Shown here one piece after another: positions 56,250-64,000 of a stretch of DNA of 64,000 bases. The notes beneath the pieces were generated by a model. That model had not been told where the DNA came from and did not search any database. It saw only the letters and a list, made by a program, of their open reading frames with translations. A program made the translations under genes and the position numbers. Position 1 is the first letter of the stretch. Each line of letters begins with the position of its first letter. The DNA lies in the NCBI GenBank assembly GCA_964016885.1, contig OZ024751.1, positions 14,136,001 to 14,200,000 on the forward strand. The letters are read 5' to 3'. Source of the DNA: Eledone cirrhosa. Taxonomy: Eukaryota.

Positions 56250-57387
56250 TGGGAGTTTGTGCAGTGGGGTGATAGTGGAGGGTGGTGCTGGGTGATAGCT
56301 CGAATGTTTTTTTCCAGTTCTTTTGCCAGATTCATTATGGCTAAAAAAGAGGAAGAAGTTTCCTGTTTAGAAGACTGTTGGTGACTGTGGTAGTGGTTAT
56401 TTTTATGTAGGTTATGGTTTTTGTTTTTGCTTTTATTTTTATTTTCATTTGTCCGACGGGTCCCCGGGAGATGGGTAAAGGGACAATCCCGGTCTAAACA
56501 CAATCTGTCTCGCAGGGAAAAGCGGCAGATTTGTGGATTCCTTGTTTGAGTTATTGGTGGTTGTGTTGGTGTTAAATTAGAGTATGTATTATGGTGGTGG
56601 CTGTTTGTGGGGATAGATCGTTTTGTCCTAGGTAAATGGGTGAATTTGCAGCCACTATCCGTACATATTCTATAGCGTAGAGAGTAGCGGCAAATGATGG
56701 GGTTTCGAGTGGGTGGGTATGTGGGTGTGTGTGTTGTGAGAGGTGTAGATGATGGTTTGGGTAGGATTTGACGACCTTTGTGGACTGTGGGGGGGAGAGT
56801 TCTTGTTCTGGTATTAGAAGGTAAATTCCTTGACATAGCAGTAGACAAAAATGTTGTAGTAGTAGTAGTAATAGTAGGCAGAGATGTTGGCAGTGGTGAT
56901 GATTGGACTGCTGGGCCAGAGAAAGGATGTGGCGTTTCATGCTGTGAGACAGAGGCTACTGGGGGGTCAATAGTTTCATTTAGTAGATCGGCCATTGTTG
57001 ATGAATCAAGGAGTGGTTCACACTGTTGTTGTCGTTGTTGTTGTTGTTGCTGTTGTTGTTGTTGTTGCTGTTGTTGATGTTGTTGTTGTAGCTGTTGTTG
57101 TTGTTGCCGTTGTAGCTGATGTTGTTGCTGGACAGCATTCGAAGAAAAAACACACCGTAGTTTATCCAAATGTTTATTGATTAATTTAAAAGCATTTCGA
57201 TTTGCTTTAATTTATTTTGAATCTGTTGTTCAGATCGAGTTTTCAAAAATTGAACTGTACGTTTAGCAATGTCGTTCAGAGATGAAGCATGTATGTCTTC
57301 TGTTTGGGTAAGGCAATGCCATGTGTTTATTAGAATGTCGATTTCATTATCAGACCAGTTCTGTTTGGATTTTTGCTGGTTAGCCAT
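56237..57387 (-). CDS. LINE ORF1: Myb/SANT-like N-terminus (57181-57387) then, in the -1 frame, poly-Q and two CCCH-like fingers
   Basis: WSDNEIDILINTW..RSEQQIQNKLK; CRYSLRYRICTDSGCKFTH and CRFSLRDRLCLDRDCPFTH (C-x8-C-x4-C-x3-H). Confidence 0.7.
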
Positions 57388-57691
57388 TCTAGTTTTGAGT
57401 GTGTGTGTGTGTTTTAGTTAAGTATTTCAATATATATATATATTTTTTTTAAATTTATTTTTGATTTATTTTTGTTTTTTGTTTTTCTTGTGTGTGAGTG
57501 AGAAGAGTATATATATAAATATGAGTATATATATATATATATTCTGGTTATTTGAAATTAATTAAGTTAATGAAAAGACGAAAGTATATAATAATAATTT
57601 GTAGTTAAAGGAAAATGTACTCACAAGTTCGGAAACACGTGGTTTCAAATATATAATAATATAGATGTATGTAAATGTATTAACCGGTCAA

Positions 57692-59475
<1,784 letters not shown>

Positions 59476-59481
<6 letters not shown>

Positions 59482-59840
59482 AACAATATAATATAATTAC
59501 CTCATTACCAAAGGTTTCCCGAATAAGACAAATACAAGAAACGTCCTCATTCGTTCGTCAGACAAGGCAATTTAAAACATAGTGAAATATTTGAAAAATC
59601 TCCTGAAGAAAAAGTCTCCTCTTGTTGAGGATATTTTTCAAATATTTCACTATGTTTTAAATTGCCTTGTCTGACGAACGAATGAATACTTTTCTTGTAT
59701 TCGTCTTATTCGGGAAACCTTTGGTATTGAGGTAATTATATTGTATTGTTTATTATACATTAAATATAGCTCTGTAACTTACATAGAGCACTCTTCACTC
59801 TTATGACTTTTTCAATTTTCAACGGAAACTTCAATACTTA
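59476..59840 (+). mobile_element. Fold-back element: arms ~59476-59604 and 59628-59756 plus tail; hammerhead at 59665-59732
   Basis: CCTTGT CTGACGA ACGAAT..ATTCGG GAAAC CTTTG GTA TTGAGG. Confidence 0.82.
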
Positions 59841-60106
59841 TATATATATATATATGTACATTTACATAGAGATGCCAACATGAATGGACTTGGTATTTTA
59901 AAGACATTTTTTCCAATTCCAACCCGCCCGTCCGGTCAATCTATCTTATTTCTCCTTCTTTTTTCTGATGAAAGACTAGCGTCCAAAACGTTATGACCCT
60001 CTTCCTGCTATTTCAAGCGTTAACCTAATATATTCCTTCCTTATACTGTACTGATTGTGTTGTTATTTCTGTTTACTTGTTACACACACATACACACACC
60101 CACTCG

Positions 60107-60173
<67 letters not shown>

Positions 60174-60620
60174 GTTATACTTGGGGAGCGTCATATTGTT
60201 GTAATAATATTGCCAGAAATAATAACAGAACACACTCACTGTTTAGTTGGTTTTCGCTTCTGTATCTTTTATATCTCGATATTTAATTTATTTGGCAATC
60301 AATGTTTATCATTGACTGACCATCAGTTAAAAATACAGATATAAATATATAGATATAATATAGAGTTATTAACTCATAGAGATACCCTGATTATTGATAT
60401 GGTATGTATGAGAAATCTTGTGAGAAATCTTGTAACATCCCATATGATATATAACATTTGTTGTGTAATCTACCCTCGTAATTTTAGACACGGGATTTAC
60501 CGTGTTTACTTCTACTGATATAAATATATATATCTGCAACATCATCAGTGGTTCTATTATCATTTTAATGTTCTATTGTAATGTTCTATTGTATTTTAAT
60601 GTTTACGTCATTTTTATTTC

Positions 60621-60657
<37 letters not shown>

Positions 60658-60822
60658 GTAGGTCCCGGGTTGAGTCGGGGATAACAACAGTAAGTAAGGT
60701 ACTCAATACATGGCAGAGTAAAAAAATTTTTATTTTATAGAAGGAGCTTCTACAGGACTAGTACTGTTTCATTCAGATGAAAAATTAAAAATATATATAT
60801 AAACGGAATTAAAAATATATAT

Positions 60823-61392
60823 ATAAACGGAAAAAATGAAATAAAATTTCATTTCCCACTCTTAGTACGGCTGTTACTTAAATATAAGTATGTACACGTG
60901 CATACATATATGTATACAGACGTACAGTAGTATGTATATATATATACATACATGCACACACATATATATATGTACGTATGGATTCACCGAACATTTATTA
61001 TAATGTTCGGTGTGTTTGTAAACAAACATCCCGTATTAAGCCGTAGTGTCTAGCAACCATCGTTGCTCGTTTGTTCAACACTGACAAAGGAACGCTGTAC
61101 TAGTTTCAAGCTTATTAGCTATCGTCAGCAACGTATACCTTCCTGCCAGATTGTTGAACGTATATACTTACCTTATGCATATTAACGGCTGAGTAGCCCA
61201 ATTTGCATATCGAGTGGGTTAATCGGCCGGGTGCACCGAAAACGATAAACGGAAAAAATGAAACGAAATTTCATTTCCCACTCTTAGTACGGCTGTTACT
61301 TAAATATAAGTATGTACACGTACATACATATATGTATACAGATGTACAGTAGTATGTATATATATATACATACATGCACACACATATATATA
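60823..61392 (-). mobile_element. Retrozyme-like partial tandem: 422-bp period, ~146-bp direct repeats, one hammerhead
   Basis: aaacggaaaaaatgaaa..cccactcttagtacggctg..catgcacacacatata occurs at 60825 and 61247. Hammerhead at 61092-61134; no ORF. Confidence 0.75.
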
Positions 61393-61539
61393 TAACGAAG
61401 GAGGTGTGGTAAGATACCAGGTGGACCATAACGTACCAGATTATTCGATACTGGGTAGTAGAGTGGGTAATAGGAAAAGAGTCAGGAGCCCTAGCTGTCG
61501 AAACGGCCGGAGCTCAGCCGTCGGGGTCCTGACTCTTTT

Positions 61540-61600
<61 letters not shown>

Positions 61601-61688
61601 CACCAAATGAAATATAAGCAAATGAAATTGCCAAGACTAAAATTGAACCGTCAACACAGTTGAGGTATGTCATACATCAATTCATATC

Positions 61689-61751
61689 TTTTATCTGACG
61701 AGGACGCACTGATAAAAAAAGCACAGTACCTCCGAATATTATATAATAAAA
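61689..61751 (+). ncRNA. Degenerate hammerhead-like motif
   Basis: TTTTAT CTGACGA GG..CACTG..CAGT.CC TCC GAAT ATTATA TA ATAAAA; the GAAA box is altered. Confidence 0.45.
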
Positions 61752-62830
61752 CATTTTGATTATGTAAATGTATCCATTTATTAATATTTTGAATAATATA
61801 TATATATCCCCAAATTGACGGTTAAGTAAGTTTTCTTGATTATAAGATTGTATTACTTATCTGATAGTATATATATATATCAGTAGTATATATATCAGAT
61901 AGTATATATATAAATATATATACTATCAGAGGTACCCGGCGTTGCACGGGATAAGATATTTTGGAACGCGGGCCGCCAACAGACCTAATCGTGGAAAAAC
62001 TGCATGCCTTGACAATGTGTAAAGAAAATAAACCGAATACTCTGATGGCTGGATAATCTTTAAGATTTTACTCGATGAAGCAGGAAAAATGCAGGTTTTC
62101 ATCCTAGGGGATCAAGAAAATAATTTTTTTTTATGTGCATAATATTCTTTGAAATTTCGGGAAAAGCGGCTAGACGTAACGCCTCCAAAAAGCCATAAAA
62201 AGCTGAAAAAAATGAAGTTTTTCACCTAATGCGGGCCCTAGGCCATAAAATGTTGGATTTTCTTTGTTCACGGTATGAAGAAGAGACTGACTAATACATA
62301 GTTACAATTTCAAGGAAATCGGTCTGACGTAACGCCTCAAATAACCCCTAAAAAGCTGAAAAAAACGCAGTTTTTCACCTAATGTGGGCCCTAGGAGAAC
62401 AAAAAGTTGAATTTTATGTGTATATCACTCCCTGAAATATAAGTAATACACATGTAAAGTTTGAAAAAATTCGGTTGGGAATTTCTCGAGTTTTAAGGAT
62501 TCAAACTCACAGACACACACACACATACATACAGACATCCTCAGGGAAGTGACGTAATGCAGACATACAGACATATTATAAGGGTGCGACGTTATATGTA
62601 TGTATCTAAAAAGAGAAAGACTAAGAATTATAGAGAGATCGCTAAATCACCTAATGCGGTCCCTAGGGCATTAAACATTTTTTTTGCTCAGAACACTCCC
62701 TGAAACATAAGTATTACATGTGTAAAGTTTGAAAACAGTCGGTTTGGTGCTTCTCAAGTTGTAGGGATTCAAACTCACACACACACAGACAAACAAACAG
62801 ACATCCTCAGTTTTATATATATATATATAT

Positions 62831-63175
62831 AGGTATGTATGTATACGTACATACATATATGTATACAGACGTAGCCTTAACACCGTGCGGCATAAATTCA
62901 GGCTGTTCAGTTTGTTTACAAACGAACAAAGCGGGCGCTATAATAAGCGTCCGCTAAACTGATGCGTACATATATGTATGTGTACCTGTATGTATATATA
63001 TATATATATATATATATAGGTATGTATGTATACGTACATACATATATGTATACAGACGTAGCCTTAACACCGTGCGGCATAAATTCAGGCTGTTCAGTTT
63101 GTTTACAAACGAACAAAGCGGGCGCTATAATAAGCGTCCGCTAAACTGATGCGTACATATATGTATGTGTACCTG

Positions 63176-63208
<33 letters not shown>

Positions 63209-63361
63209 GTATGTATGTATACGTACATACATATATGTATACAGACGTAGCCTTAACACCGTGCGGCATAAATTCAGGCTGTTCAGTTTGTTTACAAACG
63301 AACAAAGCGGGCGCTATAATAAGCGTCCGCTAAACTGATGCGTACATATATGTATGTGTAC

Positions 63362-63410
<49 letters not shown>

Positions 63411-63520
63411 TGCTACTGTACGTCTGTATACATATATGTATGTACGTATACATACATACTTACATTTAAGTAAGTGCCGTACTAAGAGTGAGAAATGAAA
63501 TTTCGTTTTCATTTTATTAT
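62831..63520 (+). repeat. Three tandem ~188-bp units plus 3' end, related to the 60823 family
   Basis: Units start at 62831, 63018 and 63207. 63410-63515 is homologous to the reverse complement of the 60823 direct repeat. Confidence 0.85.
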
Positions 63521-63719
63521 ATATATATACATATATATATAATAATACACACACATGTCAGTAATATTGTTATATAGCTAAGAAAGACTAATATTGTGTT
63601 TACTTTATATGTAATATAAGGCCCAGATGTTGTTTTGAATGGAGCTATTACAAATCGGAATATATATGTCTGCGTGTGTGCATGTGTGAGTGTGTATGTG
63701 AGTCTGTATGTGTGTGCAT

Positions 63720-63819
<100 letters not shown>

Positions 63820-63959
63820 TGTGTGTGTCTGTGTGTGTATGTCTATGTATGTATTCACGTATGTATATGTATGTAGTAATAACTTTGAATATATGTGTGT
63901 GTGTATACATATATATGTATACACACATACATATATGAATATGTGTATGTATATATGTG

Positions 63960-63999
<40 letters not shown>

Positions 64000-64000
64000 C

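Larger units (their letters stand above)
53213..57650 (-). mobile_element. Near full-length CR1-type LINE (ORF1 + ORF2) between two giant TA arrays
   Basis: 5' UTR, ORF1, EN-RT ORF2 and a short 3' UTR ending TCAAAGTTATCAAAGTTA. Confidence 0.9.

Noticed and set aside
59960-60000. CTGATGA AAGACTAGCGTCC AAAAC as a hammerhead (also CTGATGG near 60320 on -)
   Set aside because: The GAAA box is mutated and no stem I was found; at most a dead remnant.

Overview
AT-rich, repeat-dominated eukaryotic DNA. The SINE and LINE repertoire and the giant (TA)n arrays look like an octopod cephalopod (inference). There is one probable host protein-coding exon (24999-26081, with a PAM2-like motif and a DIPPRF motif). 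The rest is mostly retroelements: two tandem Tx1/L1-clade LINEs, one near full-length CR1-type LINE with an unusual ORF1, RTE fragments, Penelope-like (PLE) RT and GIY-YIG fragments, and tRNA-derived SINEs. Helitrons, MITEs, minisatellites and multi-kb TA microsatellites fill the remainder. The most striking pattern is more than a dozen short fold-back (palindromic) elements from several sequence families that do not align with each other by eye. Almost all sit in (TA)n tracts. Many carry a minimal type I hammerhead ribozyme (CUGANGA...GAAA...NUH, often with a palindromic stem III) in the arms plus a single-copy 3' tail. One is a 422-bp partial-tandem, retrozyme-like element. Most long ORFs in the supplied track are microsatellite artefacts.
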